From Candidatus Micrarchaeota archaeon (lineage in GTDB: Archaea > Micrarchaeota > Micrarchaeia > Anstonellales > Bilamarchaeaceae): 64,000 bases of DNA. Position 1 is the stretch's first letter; every line of letters starts with the position of its first letter. Of the stretch, positions 1 to 8,850 are shown one piece after another. The position numbers and the translations under genes were made by a program. Location: NCBI GenBank assembly GCA_040753215.1, contig JBFMEZ010000025.1, forward strand, positions 1 to 64,000, given 5' to 3'. The notes beneath the pieces were generated by a model. It saw nothing but the letters and a program-made list of their open reading frames with translations, was not told where the DNA came from and made no database searches.

Positions 1-70
1 CTGTCTGGGCGTCAGCTTTATCAATCAGGGCTACGCTACCTATTCCGAAGGTTACGTTTTGCCTTTTCAT
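1..70 (-). CDS. 5' end of a gene running off the window; possible IS1634-like transposase
   Basis: ATG at 70 reads MKRQNVTFGIGSVALIDKADAQT. From memory this resembles N-termini of archaeal IS1634-like transposases. It lies next to a possible IS end (CCTAACTTCGCCAG on the minus strand). Only 23 codons are visible. Confidence 0.3.
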   Translation of the reverse strand, partial: MKRQNVTFGIGSVALIDKADAQT

Positions 71-100
71 GGGTATCAAACTGATTAGGCAGACGTAACC

Positions 101-153
101 TTTATACTAATCTGGCGAAGTTAGGTTTATACTAATCTGGCGAAGTTAGGTTT
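101..153. repeat. 25-bp perfect tandem duplication TTTATACTAATCTGGCGAAGTTAGG x2 (possible duplicated IS terminus)
   Basis: 101-125 is identical to 126-150. Confidence 0.9.
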
Positions 154-200
154 CTTATATTTTCTTGATGGTTCGCTTGCGCCCGGGTTTGGGCCCGGGA

Positions 201-235
201 AGAAACTGGAAACAGGGAACCGGAAACGGAAAACT
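201..235 (+). repeat. Heptamer array (5 units), immediately after the stop of the minus-strand gene 238..648
   Basis: agaaact ggaaaca gggaacc ggaaacg gaaaact. Confidence 0.85.
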
Positions 236-237
236 GA

Positions 238-648
238 TTATCGCCCCTTCTTCCCCCTGAGGCCGGTCCTTCTCCTCGCCTTGGAGAGGTGCTCGCCAAG
301 AATCTCGCTTTCCTCCCCGCCGGCCAGCCTCTCCTCCCTGCTTATCTGGAGTGCCTCGCCGAACCTTTGCCTCGCCTCCGCAGGTATGGAAACGCACTCG
401 CCGCCGAAGCAGGTGGGCATCCCCGAAACGTCCGTTATCGCATAAAGGATTGAAACGAGCGCGGAAACCCTCTCATCCGCCTTCAGCGGCACAAGGAACT
501 TCCCGCCGCTCTCCGCGCTCCTTTTCATCGCGCCGAGTATTTCCGCAAGCTCAGAAACCTCCTTCACCCCCAGCCCCTGGCTCCCCATCCATGCAAGGGA
601 ATCCGCATCGAACCTCAGCTTCATCCGAACACCGGTTTGCTTACCCAT
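238..648 (-). CDS. hypothetical protein
   Basis: 136-aa ORF, last in a co-oriented minus-strand run. Confidence 0.65.
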   Translation of the reverse strand: MGKQTGVRMKLRFDADSLAWMGSQGLGVKEVSELAEILGAMKRSAESGGKFLVPLKADERVSALVSILYAITDVSGMPTCFGGECVSIPAEARQRFGEALQISREERLAGGEESEILGEHLSKARRRTGLRGKKGR

Positions 649-669
649 GAAAAATAGATAAATGTTTTG

Positions 670-1242
670 CTATGCCGCGGCTCCGGAAGCCGTGAGGAAA
701 AGTATGGCCGCCGCCGGGATGGCGATGTTGTCATCGAATGGGAGGGGGATGGATTCCACGGCCGCGCAGAAGAGGGCCAGCGGGACTGCGGCAGGCCCGA
801 TAAAATAGTATGCGGAGAGGGAGCCCGCAAAGAAGGCGATGCTCCCCTCCAGCGTCTTGTTCCTGTTGTACGGGATGCGCCATTTCCCCTTCCGCCCGAA
901 AATGGTTGAGAGGGAATCCCCGAATGCGAGTATCGCTATCACTGCCGATAGCATGGCCGTCTCCTGGATTGAGACGGCTGCAAGCAGCGCGCCCACCGCA
1001 TACCAGGCGGAGCCGAAGCCGGGCACACGCACGCCCTCGCGCTCGAAGCTCTCCACGAACCAGCTCACGAACGGCACGCGGAAGCCGGAGAGGACGATGT
1101 GCATCGCAAAAAAGCCGGCGAGGATTGCGCCGAAAAGAAGGACCTCCAGCGTGTGCCTTCCGTAGAGCTGGAGGATTAGGAGGAATGCAAGCCCTATCAG
1201 CATGTGCACTATCTGCCTACCTGTTTCTCTCAACAAAAGCAC
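670..1242 (-). CDS. dolichol/phytol kinase-like (cytidylyltransferase family) membrane protein
   Basis: RQIVH start, GDSLSTIFG, KTLEGS and DDN motifs; hydrophobic. Confidence 0.8.
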   Translation of the reverse strand: MLLLRETGRQIVHMLIGLAFLLILQLYGRHTLEVLLFGAILAGFFAMHIVLSGFRVPFVSWFVESFEREGVRVPGFGSAWYAVGALLAAVSIQETAMLSAVIAILAFGDSLSTIFGRKGKWRIPYNRNKTLEGSIAFFAGSLSAYYFIGPAAVPLALFCAAVESIPLPFDDNIAIPAAAILFLTASGAAA

Positions 1243-1684
1243 CCCAGAAAAGGTCGGTTATGTGGTATGCGACCGGAGCCACGACAAGGCCCGCGGCCAC
1301 GTCCCCGAACGTGTGCACGCCGAGGTAGATGCGTGTGTACGCGACGAGCACCGCGAACACCCAGTAGAGCGGGAAGTACGGCGTGCCGAGGAAAGCTATC
1401 ATCAGCGTGAACGCGATGGCCGCATGCCCGCTGGGCATTGAATAGTCAGGCGGGCATTCGATGAGCGCGCTTGCGGACCAGCACGGCCTCGGCTGCATGA
1501 CGATGTTTTTTGCGGCAAAAACGAGCAGGTATGCGGCTGCGAGGGCGAGCAACACCTTGTTCCTCTTCTCCGGCTTCTTCTCGGTGAGGAAGAGCGCGGC
1601 CAGGACGAGCGCGATGAACACGAAGGAATTGTCCAGCGCCGCTGCGGCGAAGAAAAACGCCTGCGAAAGCGCTTCCAGCATCAT
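1217..1684 (-). CDS. PAP2-family phosphatase
   Basis: K-x5-PRP, PSGHA and TRIYLGVH...D motifs. Confidence 0.9.
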   Translation of the reverse strand: MMLEALSQAFFFAAAALDNSFVFIALVLAALFLTEKKPEKRNKVLLALAAAYLLVFAAKNIVMQPRPCWSASALIECPPDYSMPSGHAAIAFTLMIAFLGTPYFPLYWVFAVLVAYTRIYLGVHTFGDVAAGLVVAPVAYHITDLFWGAFVERNR

Positions 1685-1685
1685 C

Positions 1686-3269
1686 TCACCACAGGGCTAT
1701 CCCTGAGAAAGTATAAAAAAGCGCCATGCTGGCGAGGGAGAGGAGCGCAAAATATGCCACGAAGGACGAGGAGCGGCCTTCTGCGTAGGAGACGAATGCC
1801 GCTGAGAGGAAGGAGTAGATGGCGAGGTAGGAGATGGCAGTGCCGCCGAGCTCCGGGGGTGCGGAGCCGCCGAGGGAGGCGATTTCGGCGGAGAGCGACA
1901 GCGTCGAGCCGATTATGAACGGGATGAGGAACGCGCCGGAAATGAGCGTGTATTTCTGCATCGAGAGGAGGGACTCCCTCTCGCGCCTCATCTCAAGGGC
2001 GGAGAGTATGTCCTCCGCGATGAGGGGGAGGTAGCGGGATATGTCGTGGCCGGCGCCGAGCGCATGGTTCAGGAAAAGGGAGAAGCGCTTCAGCAGCGGG
2101 GAGCGGTTCCTCCTCCACAAATCGTCCAGCACCGCATCCTGCCTCACGTTGGCCTTTGCCTGCTTCAGGGAGGTGAGGAACTCATCGCGGAGGGGCGGGA
2201 CGGAATACCTGGCCATGGAAGAGAGCAGCGGCTCAAGCCCCCTGCCGGGGGGCTGGGAGGAGAGCGCAAGGGCGGCATCGGGCAGGGACTGCTCAAGCCT
2301 TTCCCTCTTCCTCTCCTGCGCGTAAAGCGGCCACGTGTATGCCGCGCCTGCCGCAAGCAGAAGGGCGAAGATGGGGAGGCGGGGCAGGGACGAGAACTGG
2401 AGCAGGGCGAAGAGCAGGAGCGCCGCAAACATCGGCGCAAGGGCGGGGAGGCGGATTCTTGCGGAGAAGAAAGATGGTGGGAAGAGGGATGCCGAGACCA
2501 TGAGAACGAGGGCGGAGAGCGCGGGGAGGGCGAGGAGCAGCAGCACCGGGGCGGTTCCCGGGGTGAGCGCCGGGAGCGGGGAGAAGCCCCCGAGCGTTGA
2601 GAAGAGTATCAGGAACGAAGGGAGCACCACCGCGACCGCCATGAAAACCAGGGAGAGGAGCGCCTGCTTCGACGCGGCGTCCTTCATCGCATGCTTCTGC
2701 AGGGAGAGCAGGTCCCCGGATGCGCGGATGAGCTCCGCGCCGGCGCGGCCTTTTTCATAAGTGGAGGAGACCCCCAGGAGCGCCCTCTTTATCGGAAGGG
2801 ACTGCAGCGTTTCCGCGAGATGGGAGAGCGAGGCCGGGATTCCGGCGCCCCTCTTCACCTCCTTTTCCATCGCCCGGAATTCCTCGGAAAGGGGCGTGTT
2901 CCCTTTCGAGAGTATGGAGAGCGATTCCGTGAATGGGATGTTGAGCTCCAGCAGCATGCCGAGCATGCGCAGTGAGAAGGGCAGCTCCGCCTCCATCTGG
3001 GAGACGCGCTGCATGAAGAGGATGCGCGGGATGCGGAGGAGGATGAAGAAAATTAATGCAAAGGAGAGGAAGAAAGCCGCGGAGGCAAGGAGGATTTCGG
3101 GAAGGAAAAGCAATGAGATGAGGGCGGAAAGGAAGAGTGATAAAAAGAGCGAGAAGGACGCGTACCTTCCAGGCTCCATGCCGATGCGCTCTGCAAACCT
3201 GAGGGCAGCGCCGGAAAGCGGAAGAGGAGGAAAGGCGGAAACGGCGCTGCGCAGGAACTCATTTCCCAT
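1686..3269 (-). CDS. type II secretion system F / TadB-TadC-like membrane platform protein (two domains)
   Basis: Two ELP/SLPD-type T2SSF segments with multiple TM helices; adjacent to a secretion ATPase. Confidence 0.8.
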   Translation of the reverse strand: MGNEFLRSAVSAFPPLPLSGAALRFAERIGMEPGRYASFSLFLSLFLSALISLLFLPEILLASAAFFLSFALIFFILLRIPRILFMQRVSQMEAELPFSLRMLGMLLELNIPFTESLSILSKGNTPLSEEFRAMEKEVKRGAGIPASLSHLAETLQSLPIKRALLGVSSTYEKGRAGAELIRASGDLLSLQKHAMKDAASKQALLSLVFMAVAVVLPSFLILFSTLGGFSPLPALTPGTAPVLLLLALPALSALVLMVSASLFPPSFFSARIRLPALAPMFAALLLFALLQFSSLPRLPIFALLLAAGAAYTWPLYAQERKRERLEQSLPDAALALSSQPPGRGLEPLLSSMARYSVPPLRDEFLTSLKQAKANVRQDAVLDDLWRRNRSPLLKRFSLFLNHALGAGHDISRYLPLIAEDILSALEMRRERESLLSMQKYTLISGAFLIPFIIGSTLSLSAEIASLGGSAPPELGGTAISYLAIYSFLSAAFVSYAEGRSSSFVAYFALLSLASMALFYTFSGIALW

Positions 3270-4590
3270 AGAATTTCCTCTGGTATTCCTCGAAGAAATC
3301 CCGGAAGCCGCGCTTCTTTTTGAGGAACGATTCCCTCTCCTTCAGCTCGTGCGAAAGCTCCTTCACGCTCAGGCCAAGGGAGGTGGAGAGGGAGGAGAGG
3401 AACTCCTCCGCGCCCTTATCCTTCCAGGAATCCGAACCCGCATCGTAGGACACCACGGGCCTGCAGGAGGGGCCTGAGCAGAATTCGACCATCCTGCGCA
3501 CCTCGGCGTTCTTTCTCTTCTTAGGGTCGTAGTGGAGCATCCTCCTCTGCACGACGATTGCATCCATGCTGCCGAAATCCGCTTCGCTAACCCCGAAGAA
3601 CTTCAGGCGCCGGAGGGTTTCCTCCGCGCTGTTTGCGTGGAAGGTCGCGTAGCAGCCGCGCGCCTGCCCTCCGAGGAGCGCATCGAAGAGCGCACTGACC
3701 TCCTCGGCGTTCCTCACCTCCCCCACTATGAGGCGGTCCGGGCGCATGCGCAGCGTATCATAGACCAGCTCGCGGAGGGAGACGCCCATCTCCTCATTTG
3801 CGATGAGGCGGGCCTTATGCGCATGGGGTATGTTTATCTCCGGGCTCTCCTCCGTGATTACTATGCGCTCGTCCTCCGGGACGAATGAGAAGACAGAATT
3901 GAGCGTGGTGGTTTTTCCGCTCGCGGTGTTCCCTGAGATTATGAGGGACATGTCCGCCTGCATCAGCAGGGAGAGTAGCGCGACTGCGCGGGCAGGGAAG
4001 GCGCCGCTCTCCACGAGCTCCTGGGGAGAGAAAGGGTTTTCCGTGAACCTGCGGATGGTGAGCTCGCCCGCGGAAAGAGGCGGAAGCGATGCGTGGAGCC
4101 GGGAACCGTCCGGAAGGATGGCATTGAGCTTGGGGCGCTGGAGGGTAATGCGGCGGCCTATGTTCTTCCCCATCTTGTTTATCACATCGGTGAGGGCGTC
4201 AAGGGAGGTGAACTGCGCGTTGGTGCGCTTCCAGCCCTCCCTCCTTACGTATACATACGCGGGCTGGCTTGTCCCTACCACGCTTATCTCCTCTATTGAC
4301 GGGTCCTCCAGGAGCTTCTCTATGAAAGCGAAGCCGTAGATGTGCAGGAAGCACACCTCCGGGAGATAGGAGACCTGGTCCCTGTCAAGGAATATCCCTT
4401 CGGACTGCGCGGTCCTGAGCACGATGGATTTTATGGAATTGAGCACCTCCCCGCGGGAGGAGAAATCCTTCGAGCGGGCCTCGTTGCGGAAATGCCCCTC
4501 CACCGCGGAAACGAGCTCCTCCTCCTCTTCGCCCAGGCGCGGCAGGGGAACCCTGTATTCGCCTCCTTCAGTGATTTTCCATCCCAGCAT
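3259..4590 (-). CDS. TadA/CpaF/VirB11-family secretion ATPase
   Basis: Walker A GNTASGKTT; LRMRPDRLIVGEVR; TFHA. Confidence 0.92.
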   Translation of the reverse strand: MLGWKITEGGEYRVPLPRLGEEEEELVSAVEGHFRNEARSKDFSSRGEVLNSIKSIVLRTAQSEGIFLDRDQVSYLPEVCFLHIYGFAFIEKLLEDPSIEEISVVGTSQPAYVYVRREGWKRTNAQFTSLDALTDVINKMGKNIGRRITLQRPKLNAILPDGSRLHASLPPLSAGELTIRRFTENPFSPQELVESGAFPARAVALLSLLMQADMSLIISGNTASGKTTTLNSVFSFVPEDERIVITEESPEINIPHAHKARLIANEEMGVSLRELVYDTLRMRPDRLIVGEVRNAEEVSALFDALLGGQARGCYATFHANSAEETLRRLKFFGVSEADFGSMDAIVVQRRMLHYDPKKRKNAEVRRMVEFCSGPSCRPVVSYDAGSDSWKDKGAEEFLSSLSTSLGLSVKELSHELKERESFLKKKRGFRDFFEEYQRKFYGK

Positions 4591-4918
4591 CAAAATCAAC
4601 CTCATCGCCCGGGGAGAAAGACTCTCCGGTTTCCAGGTCCGTTTCGAGAAGATAACGCGCGGGCCACGAGTTTTTGCAGAGAAGGGAGAACGGGCCCACG
4701 CGGAATTTTTCCGTCACCCTCCCGCCGGAGTCCATATAGACCGCGCAGAAGGGGAAGAAGACGAAGAGGGAATGGATGGGGTGGATTCCTTCAGCCCCGA
4801 AATCAAAAAGGATGGAGACCGGCCCCGGGCGGAACATGAGGCCCCGGATTTTCCGGAAGGCGGAGAAAGCAGTAAGAGCTTCTGTCTGCATCCTGCGGGT
4901 TTTGTTCCGCACAATCAT
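4568..4918 (-). CDS. DUF192-family protein
   Basis: RGLMFR ... IHSLFVFFP ... ARYLLE pattern. Confidence 0.75.
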   Translation of the reverse strand: MIVRNKTRRMQTEALTAFSAFRKIRGLMFRPGPVSILFDFGAEGIHPIHSLFVFFPFCAVYMDSGGRVTEKFRVGPFSLLCKNSWPARYLLETDLETGESFSPGDEVDFDAGMENH

Positions 4919-5677
4919 TTCCCAAACCTTCTCTTCGTGTTTTCGTAGAATTTCAGCGCATCCAGGAAATCCTCTTTCGCGAAATCCGGCCAGAGCTTCC
5001 TTGAGAAATACAGCTCGCTGTATGCGGTCTGCCAGGGAAGGAGGCCGCTCAGCCTCTGCTCTCCGGAGGTGCGGATTACGAGGTCGGGGTCCGGGATGCC
5101 GGCGGTGTAGAGATGGGAGGCGATGGCCTGCTCATCAACTTCCTTTATCCCCTCCCTTATGATTGCGTTCACGGCATCGACAATCTCCGCCCTCCCCCCG
5201 TATGCGAGGAGGAGATTGAGCTGGTATGCCTTCTTTTCCTCGCTGAGCTTCTCCACCTCCCTGAACATCTTCTGTATGTGCGGCGGGAAGAGGTGCGTCC
5301 TCCCGAGGAAGCGGACGCGCACGTCGTACTTCGTCCCCTCTTCCTTCCTGCCCAGCGCCTCGTGCAGGTTTTTCTGGAAAAGCCCGAACAGCTTCCCTAC
5401 CTCTTCCTGGTCACGCTGGAAATTCTCCATGCTGAAGCCCCACATGGTGAGCATGCGGATGCCCCCGTCCCTGCACCATTTCGCGGCGTCCGCTATCTTC
5501 TCTATCCCTATGCGGTATGCCTCCTCCCTGCTTATGCCGTGAAGCTCGCCCCATCTCCTGTTTCCGGTTTCCTGTTTCGGGTTTCCAGCACCGTTACCGG
5601 CAACGGGGAACTGGAAACTGAAAACTGGTATTTCCGTCAGGGATGATGGCGATATGGTTCGGCTTCTTGTTTTCCAT
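4915..5677 (-). CDS. uppS: cis-prenyltransferase (polyprenyl diphosphate synthase), split by a 70-nt insertion (exon1 5677-5632, exon2 5561-4915; 230 aa if excised)
   Basis: MENKKPNHIAIIPDG[N] in one frame continues as [G]NRRWGELHG...FSMENF...YGGRAEI...PDLVIRTSGEQRLSGLL in another frame. Confidence 0.9.
5562..5631 (-). other. candidate BHB-type mRNA intron / heptamer hairpin element in uppS
   Basis: 70 nt (10x7) with in-frame TAA at 5596-5594. Junction geometry is CCTG-ACGG-AA|A ... CCGG-AA|A-CAGG. Excision gives CCT GAC GGA AAC AGG (PDGNR). Confidence 0.6.
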
Positions 5678-5683
5678 ATTCCA

Positions 5684-6682
5684 TTACCACTTCTTCATGT
5701 GCAATACGAAATCTATGAGCCTGTTCGAGTAGCCCCACTCGTTGTCGTACCACGCAAACACCTTGGCGAAATTCCCGGTTGCGCTCGTGAGCTGGGAATC
5801 CACTATCGAGGAGTGCGGGTTCCCGATTATGTCGCATGAGACTATGGGGTCCTCGGTATACTGCAGTATCCCCTTCATCTTCCCTTCCGCGGCCGCCTTT
5901 AGCGCCGCGTTCACCTGCTCCCTTGTTGATTCCCGCTCCAGCTCAACGGACAGATCAACTAGGGAGCCGTCGGGAACCGGGACGCGGAGGGCGATGCCGT
6001 CCATCCTCCCCTTCATCTGGGGAATCACTTCCCCGATTGCTTTCGCGGCGCCGGTCGTGGTGGGGATTATGGAGACGGCGGCTGCCCGCGCGCGCCTCCA
6101 GTCCTTGTGGCTTCCGTCCACTATGTTCTGGTCGTTGGTGTATGCGTGGACCGTGGTCATGTAGCCGCGCCTCACCCCGAAGGAATCCACGAGCACCTTA
6201 AGGACCGGCGCAAGGCAGTTGGTGGTGCAGGATGCGAGCGAGAACACCTTCGCATTCCTGTCCGCATGCTCCATGTTCACCCCTGGAACTACGGAGGGGC
6301 AGCCCTTTGCGGGAGCGGAGATGAGGACGCGCTTCGCGCCCGCCTCCAGATGCTTTGACGCCTCGGAAGCGTCCTTGAATATGCCTGTGGACTCAATCAC
6401 CACGTCCACGCCGTGCGCCTTCCACGCGATTCCTGAGGGCTCGGTCTCCTTTGCCCACGGGATTTCGTATCCGTCTATTACGATGGATTTGTCCGTTGCC
6501 TTCACCGTGCCTTCGAAAGGCCCCATCACCGAATCGTACTTGAAGAGGTGCGCGTTCACGAACTGGTCGCTGCGGTTGTTTATCAGCGAAAGCTCAATCT
6601 CCTTCCCGACAAGCCCGCGCCCGAACGCGGCGCGGACGAACATCCTGCCTATCCTTCCGAATCCTGAAACTCCTACCCTCAT
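5684..6682 (-). CDS. gap: type I glyceraldehyde-3-phosphate dehydrogenase
   Basis: GFGRIGR, ASCTTNCLAP, WYDNEWGYSNR. Confidence 0.97.
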   Translation of the reverse strand: MRVGVSGFGRIGRMFVRAAFGRGLVGKEIELSLINNRSDQFVNAHLFKYDSVMGPFEGTVKATDKSIVIDGYEIPWAKETEPSGIAWKAHGVDVVIESTGIFKDASEASKHLEAGAKRVLISAPAKGCPSVVPGVNMEHADRNAKVFSLASCTTNCLAPVLKVLVDSFGVRRGYMTTVHAYTNDQNIVDGSHKDWRRARAAAVSIIPTTTGAAKAIGEVIPQMKGRMDGIALRVPVPDGSLVDLSVELERESTREQVNAALKAAAEGKMKGILQYTEDPIVSCDIIGNPHSSIVDSQLTSATGNFAKVFAWYDNEWGYSNRLIDFVLHMKKW

Positions 6683-6740
6683 CAAAAGCACCCCAGAACA
6701 GATTATTCTATATTAAGAGGAAAATTTTATAAGCAGATAA

Positions 6741-8765
6741 TTATGTGCGCCAGTTCCCAAGGAGCCATTCGATGAGCACCGGGGTGAGGAACTTCGCATC
6801 TATCAGCACGAAGGAAAAGCCGGGATGCGCCCTGTTGGTGAAAACCGCGGCAGCCGACATGGATGTAAGCTCCGGGTTGAGGTCTTCCAGACCGCACTTG
6901 AACCTGAAAAGCGCATACTCCTTTCCCTCCGAGGTTTTCATAATCAGGTACCAGCGCTTCTCGGCCGGCTTCACCTCCTCTATGGAATCCGGCTCCATGA
7001 AAACATCCGCCAGCCCGTCCAGCCCGTCCAGCCCCTCCCCGGCCGTCAGGCAAAGCTCGGCGCCGCGGATAAGCTCCACCGTGTTCTTGCGCATCGCTGC
7101 GGCCTCGGAGTCTTCCTTCTTCGGCGCGGGCACGCCTGCCGCAGCAAGAACATGCCTAGGAATCATCGGGAGCGTATGGGGGGTCGGCTCCCCGTTTTCC
7201 CCGGCCTTCCTTACGGACTTTACCGTGAGGGTTATCTGCCCGCCGGAGGGAAGGCTTGCGGTCGGCCTTCCGGAGCCGGACAACGCTTCCATCAGGCGTA
7301 CAGCCCGCCCGTTTGCGTAAAGGTGCTCCTCCATCCTCCTGTGCGCTTCGTCCCAGTCGCCATCGGTTACGAGGTAGCTCTTCCCCCCGCTCGAAAAGAG
7401 AACCGCTATGTGCCTGCCGCCCCCGCCAAAGGCCACCTCATCGTCCGGCCCCCATTTTGCTCCGGGGAAGCGTGCCACGTACTCCCTCACAGCATCATGG
7501 GCTTCGCTTGTTCTTCTTTCTGAGGCGGGTGCATCCTCCCTTGCGGGCTCCGGGACCGGTTTTGGCTCCTCCGGCCGGCCATCAAGTATCCGGGCGGTAT
7601 TATCGAGGCTGCCGGCGGTAAAATCAGTATGGCCTTCCCTTACTTTTATGTAATAGAGTGCTCTTCCCTTCCGGTCTACGACTTCCATATACGCAGTTGG
7701 GTCTATGTAGCCTATCTGCTCCGCCCCGATATTCACGAGGTCGTTCGGGTGCCTTGGGGTTGCGATAAGCCTTACTCCTTCCACACCGGGGCGGGTGAGG
7801 ACTACCTCATAGCCCCCGAACAATTCCACCGCTTTATGGTTGTCCACTTTCCTCATTCCGCGCAAATCTTCCGGCTTTAACTTCACGCCCGGCTTTATCT
7901 CCAGGCTGTTGTGCAGCCCGGAGGCGGCGTCTTCCGCGCGCTCCGGGAAAGGCGAGGTGCCGCGGAGGAACTCCGGCTCCCTCGGCTGCCTTGCGGAAAC
8001 CGCGGGAAGGTCTACCCCGCTCGGGGATGAATCGCCTGAAAGCGGCTTAAGCTCCCCCACGCGGGTGAGGACGAAATCGGTTGCAGGGTTTTTCCTGCAG
8101 ATGCCCATCAGCGTCCTCTCGATGCCGAGCGGGGCGAGGAATATGTAGATGTCCCTCCGGTCCTTCCTGCCGGGCGCGGAGAGCTTTATGCTCCTCGCGG
8201 CCGTGAGCTGGCCGTAGAAATCCAGGTCTATGTCCCCGAGCCGCGGGAGGGGGGCGTTGGTGAGGAGGAAGAGGCGGTTGAGCTCCCCGCCGCAATAAAG
8301 CAGGAGCGCCTCCAGGCGCTCCTCCCCGAACTCCCCTGCGAAGGTCGCGGACTGGAGGAAATTCCTCACAAATGCGATGGAGCCGGCTATGCAGCCCTTT
8401 GCAGCGGGCTGCCCGGACTCTGTTTTTACCCTCCCGCCGATCCGGTCGTCCTCCTTCGGGGGCGCGGGGTACGAATCGATAACCGTTCTTATGTATTTGA
8501 TGAGCTTCGCGTTTGGCGCCCCGAGGGCGGCGAAAACATCCGGCGAAAGCCTTGATTTGCCCTCCAGGCCGTCCATGTCCATTCTCGCCTGGATTCTTTG
8601 GGGCGCCTGCAGCGGCTCCTCGGCCACGTCCCTCACGCGGTATCCGCGCACATCGGAAGAGATGGGCGGCTTCGGGGGAAGCGCGCTCCTCCTGGGCGCA
8701 TCCCCGGCAACGGGCCCCCTGATGGTTTCTTTGAAGTCTCTGCGCTCGGGCATGGGTATTCGCAT
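6741..8765 (-). CDS. hypothetical protein (674 aa)
   Basis: Long ORF bounded by AT-rich intergenic DNA; no motif recognised. Confidence 0.75.
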   Translation of the reverse strand: MRIPMPERRDFKETIRGPVAGDAPRRSALPPKPPISSDVRGYRVRDVAEEPLQAPQRIQARMDMDGLEGKSRLSPDVFAALGAPNAKLIKYIRTVIDSYPAPPKEDDRIGGRVKTESGQPAAKGCIAGSIAFVRNFLQSATFAGEFGEERLEALLLYCGGELNRLFLLTNAPLPRLGDIDLDFYGQLTAARSIKLSAPGRKDRRDIYIFLAPLGIERTLMGICRKNPATDFVLTRVGELKPLSGDSSPSGVDLPAVSARQPREPEFLRGTSPFPERAEDAASGLHNSLEIKPGVKLKPEDLRGMRKVDNHKAVELFGGYEVVLTRPGVEGVRLIATPRHPNDLVNIGAEQIGYIDPTAYMEVVDRKGRALYYIKVREGHTDFTAGSLDNTARILDGRPEEPKPVPEPAREDAPASERRTSEAHDAVREYVARFPGAKWGPDDEVAFGGGGRHIAVLFSSGGKSYLVTDGDWDEAHRRMEEHLYANGRAVRLMEALSGSGRPTASLPSGGQITLTVKSVRKAGENGEPTPHTLPMIPRHVLAAAGVPAPKKEDSEAAAMRKNTVELIRGAELCLTAGEGLDGLDGLADVFMEPDSIEEVKPAEKRWYLIMKTSEGKEYALFRFKCGLEDLNPELTSMSAAAVFTNRAHPGFSFVLIDAKFLTPVLIEWLLGNWRT

Positions 8766-8850
8766 ATAAATGTGTTAATTTATGTTTAAATATCTATGCT
8801 TTGCTGTGGAAACCGTTAAAAACACAAAAGTCCCGATATGCCTGAGTGGT

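Noticed and set aside
4915..5454. uppS starting at 5454 as in the ORF track
   Set aside because: It lacks the catalytic HIAIIPDGNRRW motif, which is present upstream but split.
5684..6682. Bacterial-type GAPDH as a sign of contamination
   Set aside because: It is embedded in an operon with archaeal-type genes and has similar composition.
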